64,000 bases of DNA from Mantamonas sphyraenae STR306 (Eukaryota > Protista > CRuMs): NCBI GenBank assembly GCA_026936335.1, contig JAPMXV010000063.1, positions 62,001 to 126,000 on the forward strand. Direction: 5' to 3'. A program made the translations under genes and the position numbers. Below the pieces are notes generated by a model. It did not search any database. It was not told where the DNA came from and worked only from the letters and a program-made list of their open reading frames with translations. Below, piece after piece: positions 13,607 to 23,600 of this stretch. Positions within the stretch are counted from its first letter, which is position 1. Every line of letters begins with the position of its first letter.

Positions 13607-14845
13607 ATCGTCAAGAAAGGTGTTTCAGCTGCCGGAGAATCACCGCTCCCCGCGCCGAGGAGGTTGGTTTGACGACCAGCAGGTGCATGCACAGCGTGAT
13701 GAGGGCGAAGAGGAAGGCCGTGCCAATGCGGTGGCGATGGCAGAGGCGCAACACAAGGTGCGTGAGCTGCAGGCGGAGTTTGCAGCCAGGGAGGGGTCGT
13801 TGCGTGAACAGCTGCTGAAGGCCAAGATGGAAGGGCGAGGGATGCGAAACGACAACACGGAGCTGCGGAAGCGTGCAAGCAGTGCGGAGGAGGCTGTGGG
13901 ACGTATGGAGGAGCAGGTGCGTCAGCTGATGGAGGTGAACGAGCAGCTGGCGGGCGAGTTTTGCAACGTGTGGCAGGCAACACGGCGCAGGAGCGACGAC
14001 GTGCAGAGGCGGCGGTGGAGCGTGTGAGACGGCAGTGGCGAGAGGAGGCAGAGGCGGCACGGGAGGAGTTGGCACGGACGGTGAAGATGTTGGCACACGC
14101 ACAGGGAGTGGCGGAACAGAAGGGTGCGGAGGTGGAACGGTTGCAGGTGCAGTTGCAGGCACGCACGCGTGCGTTGGCCCAGCGTGAGGAGTTGGTGGAG
14201 TCGTTGCAGCGGTACAACGAGGGCCTGCTGGAGGAGTTGGGAGACGCAGGGCGTGCGATGGCACGTGAGCGTGCGGCACACGCAGAGGCGGAGGAGGAGA
14301 CGGAAAGGAGGCGGAAGGCGCGTGTGATGGACAACGGCACACAAACGTGGGAGGCGAGTGCGGAGGAGGAGGCGGCGGAGCAGTGGCGAGGGCGTAGGGA
14401 GAGGCAGGTGGCAACGTTGCGTGCACGCGTGCAAGAGTTGGAGGAGAAGGAGAGGGGCCAGATGGAACACATGCGCAAGATGGTGCACGACTACGAAGGC
14501 AGGCTGGCAGGGAAGAACACAGAGGTGCGTGAGTTGGAATCGTACGTGGCCACGCTGCTGGAGTCGATTGACGACCAAGAGAGAGAGCTGAAGGCCACCC
14601 ACGACGCACAGCGTACCATGTATCTGCGCTGGGTGGAAACGCAACGTCTGAACGGCGGCGGGAAGGAGGGGAAGGACGGCGATGGTGCACATGTGGGCAT
14701 TGTGGGACGGTTTGTGGACGATGGCAGCTGGATGGAACGGTTCTCCGATGTGCGCAGTGTGTCGACGGGGAGTGGAGAGTATGAAGAGGAGGAGGAGTAT
14801 GAGGAGGAGTATGAAGAGGAGGAGGAGGAGGATGGAGAGCAGTGA
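10586..14845 (+). CDS. Large coiled-coil protein of unknown function; 1 intron and two apparent frameshifts (about 13150 and 13960)
   Basis: Continuous E/Q/R/A heptad-rich sequence spread over ORFs 10409+, 11384+, 13119+ and 13961+; frame switches fall in AAAA and TTTT runs. Confidence 0.7.
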
Positions 14846-14874
14846 ATGCAGCAGCATTTGGATTTCCTTTTTGT

Positions 14875-17550
14875 TCAGGCGTGTGACTTTGTGGAGGAGG
14901 GGCTTCGGCGTGCTCGTCGTCGCAGGTGCCAAACGAAAAGGGTGACGAGGCCGAGGGAGAGGACAACGACAATGAGGACGGTGCTGAGGTTGCTGGGCAT
15001 CCAGGAGTGACGCAACACAGTGGTGGGCCAATGGGTAGGGCGCAGGGGCATCCAGGTTGGCTGCCTGGGCAAGCGGGAGCTGTACAAGGGTTGCAACACA
15101 GACGGATCGGTGTTGTCAATGACAACACCAAACAAGTCCACCAGGGCCATGAGCTGGTTGAGGCCCTGCATGCGTTGCTGGAGTATGGACAAATGCCTGG
15201 GTTGTCCCAGCGAGAGGACAATGTGTGACTCGACATCGAGCTTGCTGCGCACAATGACAGGCGGTTTGGAGGTAGAAGTGGTGGTGGCGGTGGTGGTGGT
15301 GGTGGGAGGAGGGGTCCATCCACGCACCAGATGTTGCTGCAAGAGGGCAGAGAGGCCAGCGCCGGTGCTGTCTCTGTCCGATGGCTGCTGGGTGTGTATG
15401 CGCAGGAAAGGACGCAGCTCGAGAGGCAACAGTTTGTCGTTGCCCGTGCCATGGGCCACCAGAGGCAAATGGACAGAAGGGAAGCGATCGGTGCTGCGTT
15501 GGCCCGGAAACACCTCGAGGAACTGCGCCTGGCAGGAGACCACCTCGAGGACGACGGCGACACGCAACGATCGCACAACTTCGTCCAGGGTTCGAACCAC
15601 ACCCAAGTGGAACTGTCGTGTGTTGCGCAGGCCGTCGTCGCCATCCTCCACCATCTGCACACGTCCTCGTTCCGCAAGCACAGGCAACACCATCACCGAA
15701 ATGCTGCCAAGGCGGCGCTTGAGCAGGGAACGAACGGCGTGCACCACCACATCCGTGCTGATGAATGAGTGTACGTCGCGTCCGCCGACGAGGAGGACAT
15801 TCAAACGGCGTCCATCGCCGCCGGCATCCTCCTCGCCGGGCACATACACACCCATGGGATTGGACGCATACTCATCCGCCTCCATTTGCACACGTAGGAG
15901 CTTGGCCGGCGGGAGAGGGGTCTGTGTGCGTGTGGTGGTGTCGCCGACGTCGGCGGCAGTGGCATCTGCGTCTGCGTGAGCATTGCCATGTGGATCGTCG
16001 GTGGCTGGTTGGGAGGGTGAAGAGGAAGAGGAGGAAGAGGGAGGGGAGGAGAGTGGTGGCATGTGGGGCGTGTCTGAGCGCGTGCTGGCGGCGATGAAGC
16101 GTGTGAGGATGGTGAGGTACTCGCGGGTGGTGAGAAACATGTCGCCGCGCATGGGATGGTCGGCCACAGAGTGCCACTGGTCGCGTTGGGTGGACAAGTG
16201 GGAGGAAAGGGGCTGCAGGGTGTACGGAGCCACGGGAAGGGGGTGCTGTGTGCGCAAGGTGGCATGGGTGGCGAGAAGCACGGTCCAGAACGAGTCTGCA
16301 AACGACGACACGACGGTGTGGTACTCCTGCGCACGCGGCGGGTTGAACAACAGGAAGCAGTCGTGTACGTTGGCCTCGTCGCCGTACACCTCGTAGGTGA
16401 GACTGATGTTGGTGTGCCACTGCGCATACATGCTGTCCATGGACGTGCCATACGCCAGGTACGAGGCCACCACCCCAGCCCCGCCATACTTGCACGCGTT
16501 CAGCACACAATGCTGCCGTGCAATCCTGTCCAGCAGCAGCATGGTCATTTGTGGGTCGTCGGGCAAGGCTGCGCGGTGATCCCACGGCATGTAGAGTTCG
16601 TTCAGGCCCGAATGGACGTTGATGTAAACCTCGGGCAGCCAGTTGTGGTTGGCCATGAGGGCATGCACAGCCTGGCTTTCGTACTCGGACAGGGGCTGGG
16701 TTCCGGGAAACACTTCGGTGCCGTGCCCTTCGCCGGGCGCCTGACGCCACGCATGCGGCCAGTTGCGATTCAGATCCACGCCACGGTCGTTGACACGTCG
16801 ACAGGTGTCCCCTTGCTCGGCGGCATGGCGTCCGGATGGATTGAGGACGGGATAAAGGACGATTTCGCTGTGGCGAAGCAGGGCGTTGATGGCCAGCCGG
16901 CGGTTCATGGCGTGCACGGCGTCAAAGGGCAAGCCTGGAGCAAACCGGTCGACGTGTGAGGTATGCGTGGATAACAGGGCAGGATCTGAGGGTTCGTTCA
17001 TGTCTGCATCGCTGCTGGGGTGCCTGCTGGGCGCCCCGGGTCGACGATCGGTGCCGTGTTCGCCCTGCACGTCGCTGCACACCTGCCGCAGCAGAGTCAA
17101 CGCCACCTCTGCCGTGATGAGCTCACGTCCGTGTTCGCCAAAGACCAGGAGCATGCGCAGCGGTGTGGAGGATGACCATGACGGCGGTGGTGATGATGAT
17201 GATGACGATGATGAGGAGGAGGAGGTGGTGGAAGAGGACGAGGAGCTGGAGCTGGTTCCGGTGGGTTGCTGTTGCTGCTTGGTGTTGTGGAGGTGCACAC
17301 GGAGCACCCTGTGCTGAGGCTCTGTGCTGTCCTTGTGTGCGGGATCCACAGTGTAGTGAACCTGAACATAGTCCGGGTGTGCGTGGGCACACTGTTCGGC
17401 AAAGGCGTACAGCTGCGCAGTCGTGTGGTACACGTTGTCCAGATCCGGTTGCTCGTGCACCGTCTGGCTGGACACCCCACGACACAACAGCAACGCTGCC
17501 GCCGTTGTCACACACAGGAGCAGGGGACCCCAGCTCACACGACGCCTCAT
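14875..17550 (-). CDS. M14 zinc carboxypeptidase, type I membrane protein (signal peptide, catalytic domain, degenerate second domain, C-terminal TM)
   Basis: Hydrophobic leader; GEHGRE zinc motif, PVLNPSGR, GVDLNRNW, PLSEYE, INVHSG, YEVYG; C-terminal TM VLIVVVLSLGLVTLFVW followed by RRR. Confidence 0.85.
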   Translation of the reverse strand: MRRRVSWGPLLLCVTTAAALLLCRGVSSQTVHEQPDLDNVYHTTAQLYAFAEQCAHAHPDYVQVHYTVDPAHKDSTEPQHRVLRVHLHNTKQQQQPTGTSSSSSSSSTTSSSSSSSSSSSPPPSWSSSTPLRMLLVFGEHGRELITAEVALTLLRQVCSDVQGEHGTDRRPGAPSRHPSSDADMNEPSDPALLSTHTSHVDRFAPGLPFDAVHAMNRRLAINALLRHSEIVLYPVLNPSGRHAAEQGDTCRRVNDRGVDLNRNWPHAWRQAPGEGHGTEVFPGTQPLSEYESQAVHALMANHNWLPEVYINVHSGLNELYMPWDHRAALPDDPQMTMLLLDRIARQHCVLNACKYGGAGVVASYLAYGTSMDSMYAQWHTNISLTYEVYGDEANVHDCFLLFNPPRAQEYHTVVSSFADSFWTVLLATHATLRTQHPLPVAPYTLQPLSSHLSTQRDQWHSVADHPMRGDMFLTTREYLTILTRFIAASTRSDTPHMPPLSSPPSSSSSSSPSQPATDDPHGNAHADADATAADVGDTTTRTQTPLPPAKLLRVQMEADEYASNPMGVYVPGEEDAGGDGRRLNVLLVGGRDVHSFISTDVVVHAVRSLLKRRLGSISVMVLPVLAERGRVQMVEDGDDGLRNTRQFHLGVVRTLDEVVRSLRVAVVLEVVSCQAQFLEVFPGQRSTDRFPSVHLPLVAHGTGNDKLLPLELRPFLRIHTQQPSDRDSTGAGLSALLQQHLVRGWTPPPTTTTTATTTSTSKPPVIVRSKLDVESHIVLSLGQPRHLSILQQRMQGLNQLMALVDLFGVVIDNTDPSVLQPLYSSRLPRQPTWMPLRPTHWPTTVLRHSWMPSNLSTVLIVVVLSLGLVTLFVWHLRRRARRSPSSTKSHA

Positions 17551-17834
17551 GTACCTCGCCGGCGCGTGGGTGTGGGGTCGATACGAAACGCGTTTGGGAT
17601 GCGCTGGCCAACGCAAAGGCAAGCGCACACATATAACATACTCATGAGTGACATTCCTGCCTGTCCTGTAAGTGATGTGTGTCGTGGTGGAAAGGGAGGG
17701 AGGACATGCAAACAGGAACGAGAGAAAGTGTGAGTGGTGATCGCTCACCTTTTGCGCCAAATTCCTGACACGGGTGTCACGCACACCAGTACGGAGACCG
17801 ATGCTACCGGAAAAATCCGCAGCACTTCAAAGAG

Positions 17835-18632
17835 ATGAGTCATCCAGACAGCCACCCCGGGCCCGGTGCGTTGCCGTACCCGAGGCACGTTCAGGAGCGG
17901 CTGGGCAAGGCCAAGCGTGAGGCGGTGCCAGACCTGGCGACCATGTGGATTGTGTTTGACGACGTGGACGCACCCAGCGACTTGTTGGGTGACATTCGCA
18001 CGTACGGAGGACATGTGTTGAGCAAGTGCACGGACGAGGTGACGGCACTGGTGGTCAGCGATCCAGAAAATCCCACGGCCGCACAGGTGGCCAAACGTCA
18101 GAAGCACATGCTGGCGCTGGTGAGTTTGGACCTGGTGCGCAAGGCCGTCAACGTGGCCATGGTGACACCTCAGTTTGCGGATCAGAGTGCCAGCAGCAGC
18201 AGTGGTGGTGGTGGTGGCGCGTCTGTAGGAGGACCTGTCAAGGCGAAAAAGGCATCGAAGCGAATCCGGCCCAGCGTCGGCCGCGGTCGCGTGTTGAAGG
18301 GAACCGGACGTAGCCAGCGTGCAGGGTTGGTGTTCCCTGTGGGGCGTGTGCATCGACATTTGCGTCAGGGTCGGTTTGCAGCGCGAGTGGGTGCAGGAGC
18401 CCCCGTGTACCTCGCAGCTGTGCTGGAGTACCTCACAGCCGAGCTGTTGGAGCTGGCAGGTCAGGCATCGCGAGACCAGGGCAAGAAACGCATCACTCCA
18501 CGTCACGTCATGCTTGGAGTGCGCAACGACGAGGAACTCGACAAGCTGCTTGGAAAACACACCGTCTTTGCCCAGTCAGGCACTGTGCCACACATCCACA
18601 GCAGCCTCTGGTCTCATCCCAAGAAGAAATGA
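17835..18632 (+). CDS. Histone H2A variant with N-terminal BRCT-like domain (265 aa, intronless)
   Basis: aa ~158-260 is clear H2A: [19 protein letters not shown]...[26 protein letters not shown]...RITPRH...[10 protein letters not shown]. aa ~34-105 follows the BRCT pattern (IVF...[12 protein letters not shown]...VTALVV...[11 protein letters not shown]). Confidence 0.85.
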   Translation: MSHPDSHPGPGALPYPRHVQERLGKAKREAVPDLATMWIVFDDVDAPSDLLGDIRTYGGHVLSKCTDEVTALVVSDPENPTAAQVAKRQKHMLALVSLDLVRKAVNVAMVTPQFADQSASSSSGGGGGASVGGPVKAKKASKRIRPSVGRGRVLKGTGRSQRAGLVFPVGRVHRHLRQGRFAARVGAGAPVYLAAVLEYLTAELLELAGQASRDQGKKRITPRHVMLGVRNDEELDKLLGKHTVFAQSGTVPHIHSSLWSHPKKK

Positions 18633-18688
18633 AGAAATGATGAGCATGGCGCCCTGCCAAGCAACCAACCAACCAAGCAGACGCAACA

Positions 18689-20276
18689 ATGTCCGAATCT
18701 GTGGCCTCCTCGCACGTGAGCAACAGTCGAGCTGTGTCCCATGCACGCGATGGCACGTCCGACTCTGCATCGGAAGGTGTGCGTGAGCTGCTGCCGTTCC
18801 TGCCGCCGTCTTCGGACAAGACGGCGGCGCTCCCTGCCGAATCGTACCAAGTGCAGGAAGACGCCGCCCTGGGCTGGTTCTACAAACCCCACTCCATCAC
18901 CGCCCTCCTCATCACCATTGCCATCATGATCTACTTTGGCTGGACCAGTGGCGACCACACAGAGGATGAAACTGTCAAGATGTGCGTTTGCGGAAAGAAT
19001 TGACACGTCGTCAACGATTCCGGCCCCGGCGTGTGTTTCCCCACGCCTGCCAACGGCGCACACGCAAGCGCAGACACATTGCAACGATACACACGACACT
19101 GACACACATACACCCACCCGTCCACATGTCCATGTGTCCGGTTGCATGCGTGTGCACAGCGGAATCGGCGCGGTGATTGTGGCGTTCCTCTTCTTTTCCA
19201 TGCTGCAGCTGCGCGACGGGCCGTTTGTGCGACCGCACCCAGCATTCTGGCGGGTTGTGCTGGGTGTGTCCATTGTCTACCTGATGGCCCTTGTGTTTGT
19301 GTTCTTCCAGAGCCATGAGAAGGTGCAGAAGATCTTGCACTTTTGGTATCCGGAGCTGGGGTTGCAGGATCTGCCCGACCGCTCGTACGCCGACGATTGC
19401 CGTCTGTACACACCGGGGCACGAGGACGGGCCGTTTGCCAACATCAAAGGGGTGCTGTTTGACCGGTTTGTGTTGGCACACATCGGCGGGTGGTTTGCCA
19501 AGGCGTTGATGTTCCGCGACTACTTTCTGGCCTGGACGCTGAGCTTTGTGTTTGAAATGATGGAGTACAGCTTTGAACACATGCTGAAGAACTTTAGGGA
19601 ATGCTGGTGGGATCATTTCATTGTGGACCTGCTGATTTGCAACGGTGTGGGGATCTGGCTGGGCATGCGCTTCTGTCGATTCCTGCAGATGCAGGAGTAC
19701 AACTGGACGGCCATCCGCACGACCACCAGCAGCAACAGCAGCAACGGCGGCAACCGACACAGTCTGTCGTCCACCGCACGGCATTCCGTGAACCAGCTGC
19801 TGCCGGCGCATCTGGAAACGTTTGAGTGGAACATCTTTGGGGATCCCAAACGATTCTTTGCCTTTGTCAGCGTCGTGGTGGGTGTGCTCTTTGTGGATTT
19901 GAATGCGTTCTTCCTGAAGGATGTGCTGTGGGTGCCTCCAGAGTCGCCGCTGAACCAGTACCGTCTGGTGTTGTGGTTCATCTGTGGCACGCCGGCCCTG
20001 CGTGAGTACTACCAGTATGTGACGGATCCGAGGTGCAAGAAGCTGGGCACGCAGTTGTGGGTCACCTTTGCCATCATCATTACCGAGCTGCTGGTCATTG
20101 TCAAGTTTGGCATGGGCAGGTACGACGCCACCTTTTACCACCCGCCTGCACACATTGTCTGGGGTTGGTCCATCGCCCTGGTCTCCCTTGTCGTCTGGTT
20201 CGTCTGGTTCTTTTACATCGGCAAGGGCAAGGAGAGGCGGCTTGAGCGCGCAGGTGGAGCCAAGAAGAGCAATTGA
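18689..20276 (+). CDS. Base-exchange phosphatidylserine synthase (PTDSS1/2 family), intron 18982-19159
   Basis: FYKPHSIT, DGPFVRPHPAFWR, FEMMEYSFEHMLKNFRECWWDH, LNAFFLKDVLWVPP, ALREYYQY, CKKLGTQ. Confidence 0.92.
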
Positions 20277-20457
20277 GAGGGAGACGAGGTGGAGGATCAG
20301 GAATCAGGAATGGAAGATGCCGTTGTTGCTGCTGACCACGAGGCAATCCTGCACATTGTTGCCGAGCAAGGCGTCGACACGCGTGTGCGATACCGGCAGA
20401 CTGGGCTTTTGGTGGCTTGCAAGGTGGGCATGGCTGACACGGCGCAGTTGTTGCTTA

Positions 20458-20479
20458 CAGGCTGTTCGGTTCAAATTGA
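20458..20479 (+). repeat. Left terminal inverted repeat CAGGCTGTTCGGTTCAAATTGA
   Basis: 16/22 identity to the reverse complement of 26255-26276; contains palindrome TCAA-N-TTGA. Confidence 0.8.
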
Positions 20480-20600
20480 AACTTTTGTGTGAGCTGGCGC
20501 AACGCGATTGGGCTCGGGAAAACAAAACCTACGTCCTGTGAGGAGTGGTATACACTCAGTGTTGGTTGGTTGGTTGGTTGACGGTTCTGGTGCCCCGTCC
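20458..20600 (-). ncRNA. Putative Fanzor omegaRNA scaffold (may start within the ORF 3' end; guide would come from host flank <=20457)
   Basis: Lies between the Fanzor stop and the element end, where TnpB/Fanzor omegaRNAs are encoded; short stems visible (GAGTG-gtata-CACTC, TCCT-gtg-AGGA, GAGC...CGC-aac-GCG...GCTC). Inferred, not demonstrated. Confidence 0.5.
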
Positions 20601-23600
20601 TCAGCCTGCACTCGAATTCGCCTCCAGGTTCTGTGCCTCGCCGTCCACATTCTCTGGCAGACCAATCTTGCTTCGAAACGTCCTTCCGATCTGACTCCGT
20701 TGCCAAACCTTGGTCATGCACCATATGGTGTGGCCGCGAAGGGCAGCAAACACCTTGTTGGCGATCGCCTGCGCACTCGCGAAATCCCTGTTCCGGTGCA
20801 TCTCACATCGCTCGCAGTACTTGACACGCGCAGTGCGGTCACTTCCGTGCTTGCTCTTGTGCACACTGCCACATGTGGGACATCTCAGCGTCGTATTGCA
20901 CTCGTTCACACGCACAACAATCATGTTGTGCTTGGCCAGCTCCTCCAGTTTCTTCACTCCACCACGGCCGCCCTTGAATCCGTCACCGATGCACAGCAGT
21001 GTGATGCGTCGCAGTTGCCCCTCCTCCATCAGTGTGATGCCTCGCACTTGCCCCTCCTCCAACTCCAACTGCATCTTCTCTGTCGCTCGCACCTGTGCCA
21101 GCCATTGCTCCCTCATCTTTCGGATCCGTCTTTTCTGTTCGCGTCGATCATGCGTCTTGCTGTCGCCCCTCTGGCTGCATCCCTCATTGAACTGAGCGGA
21201 TGACCCTTGTTCAGACTCCAGGATCTTGCCGCTGCACTGACTCTTCACCACCCGTCCAGCCCTGGCTGCGGTGTGCACGTCCACAAACAACCCAGATCGT
21301 TTGCTTCGCAGTTCCTGCATCTTCTCACGCACTGTCGCCGAGAGCAGAGCGTTGTCGCGCTTGATCCCTGTCCTGCGCTCCATGGCACCCAGTGACGGTG
21401 GTGAAAAACGCCAGGCGTCTGCAAAGTGAAGCACATTGTGGTTCTCAACGAGCTCCGTGCGTGGGATGTACAGAGCTGAAGGCGCATTCGAAATGCCTGG
21501 ATCCATGGCAAGGAACTGCAAGCGCGCATTTGCCTTCGAGCTCAATGGGATGAGCCTGGAGAACGAGCTCACAACACCGTGTGGTCGTCTGCTGTGCTCC
21601 ATGGACTCTGGGCACAGCTTCAGGGCAATGATCTTGTCCGCCGATTGTGGAAGCCACTTGCGGAGCAGCTTATGCACAGCCTCGGTCTGTGTTTGAGTCG
21701 CTCCGTCGCCGTCAGCCTCGTGTGGGTCCTCAACCTCCTTCCCACGCTCCCGGTGCTGGTGTGCGGCCACGTACATGGCAACCTGGCACAGAAGGATAGT
21801 CACAGCAGCAACACGTTCGATGAGGCGTCGTTGGTTGCCTTGATCCTCAGTGTGTGCGTCTTTGTCGCAGCACCTTGTCGACGTTCCTTCCAGGGCACCC
21901 TTGCCATGAATCGCAAAGTTGTACCTGGGTTTGCTGTGAGACAGAAACGGTGACGATTGTGCACGCTCAGCAAGTGGCGCATCCTCCAGGAACCCCACAT
22001 TGCCCTTCAGGAAGCGCAGCAGCTGGGCGTCATCGACTGGTTTCGTGTCTGACAAAGACGTAGCGGTTGGATTGCGGAGCAGATTCAAACACGCACGCAG
22101 AGTAGGGAACAGCGAGAGCCGTTCATCGGGAAGGATGAGATGTTCCAGGTAGTACAACCGGCGTTGGCCAGGCCCTGCCGGCACCTGCCAATGGCGAACG
22201 TGCAGAGCGTGTACCGCAGAGAAGAGGCGGATGGACAGATGCCCATCGTTGATGAAGGGTGTCTTTGAAATCCTGGGCGCGTGCATAGGGTCAAGCACGG
22301 CGAAAACGTTGAAGGCCGCGAGCAGGAGCGGGTCTGTGTACGTGCCCATGTCCTCCCCTGGGATGATGTTGTGGTCCTCATTGTGCGTGACAACACGTGC
22401 TGTGCCGTTGGCGCACCTGGATGCACACACTTGCATCGCCTTGATGGCGTCGCGCGAGAACAAGTGGCTGCTCCCGTTCTCCTCCCCGATCTTGACCATG
22501 TGCCACGCAAACGAAGCCCTCAGGGCATGCACATGTTGGCCATTTCCAGCCAGCTTTGCCCCCCTCAGCCAGCTGCCCACGGCACAGTCGCACGGGCCTC
22601 CTGCCACGCAATGGGGGCACGGAGGTGGAAAGTACTCGCCTTCTGAGGAGCACGCACCTGGACTCGATGTGACCGCACCGCACAAAATGGACCACGCAAG
22701 CATTGTGTCCTCCTTGCCTTCCCAGCAAACATCCAGCAACCCGTCACAGAGTGCGGAAAGGGCCCATCGTCCAAACAGCTTTTCCCGTTCGACCGCGAGC
22801 TGGTGATGAAGAGACTGTTTGACCGGGTACAGCTTGCGTGTGGACTGGCATTCTCTGGCCAGCTCGTACGCGCAAACATGAGAGTCGGCGCCGGAGTCGC
22901 TCGGATCGTTGCACATCAGCGCCTTGTACTTGTCCACAGAAAGCCCCACCACTTCGCGCAGCACAGTCGCGACCGCGTGCTCGCATGCCTTGCTTGTTGG
23001 TGTGTCTTGAGCATCAGTGTCCTCTTTGTCATCCACACCTTTGTGCAGGCGTTTGACAACTGCCAGGACATCACGGCGCTCGACGTCGCCGTTACTTGCC
23101 ACCACCAGGTCGACCAAGTTGTCAACGGCCTGGTTGATCAGCATGACCTTCCAGCTGGTCAGCACGAGGGCAGCTCCCCGCTGGCACAGGGCTGTGAAGG
23201 CTCCACTGGGGAGACAACGCAGGTCGATGCCACACCTCGCTTCCTCGGGTGCCAGCTCATCCAGATACTCCGCAACGACTCCACCGCTCGGTTGTCTTCT
23301 CAACACGAGGTCAGCTGTCACAGAGATGTACTTGGGGAACTCGCTGAGCTTCGGGGTTGCCTCGCATGTGATCTCCATCTCAGACGGCGGCTTCAGGTAG
23401 ATTCGGCCTACCTTGAGCTGCAGGCAAGCCGACAGCACGTTCTCGAGGTCTTTGCTTGGTTCCAGCAGACCACACTCGAGCAAATCACACTGGATGGCAA
23501 CGATTAGCCCAAAGGCGTGCGCCATCGCATCCAACTCTTCCACGGATCGTGCGTTGATGAGCGCAGCATTTCGCAGTTTCTCGAGGCTGCCGAGCTCCAC

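Noticed and set aside
13140-13970. Euplotes-like programmed frameshifting as a genome feature
   Set aside because: No stop codon adjoins the slip sites, the shifts differ in size, and all lie in homopolymers.
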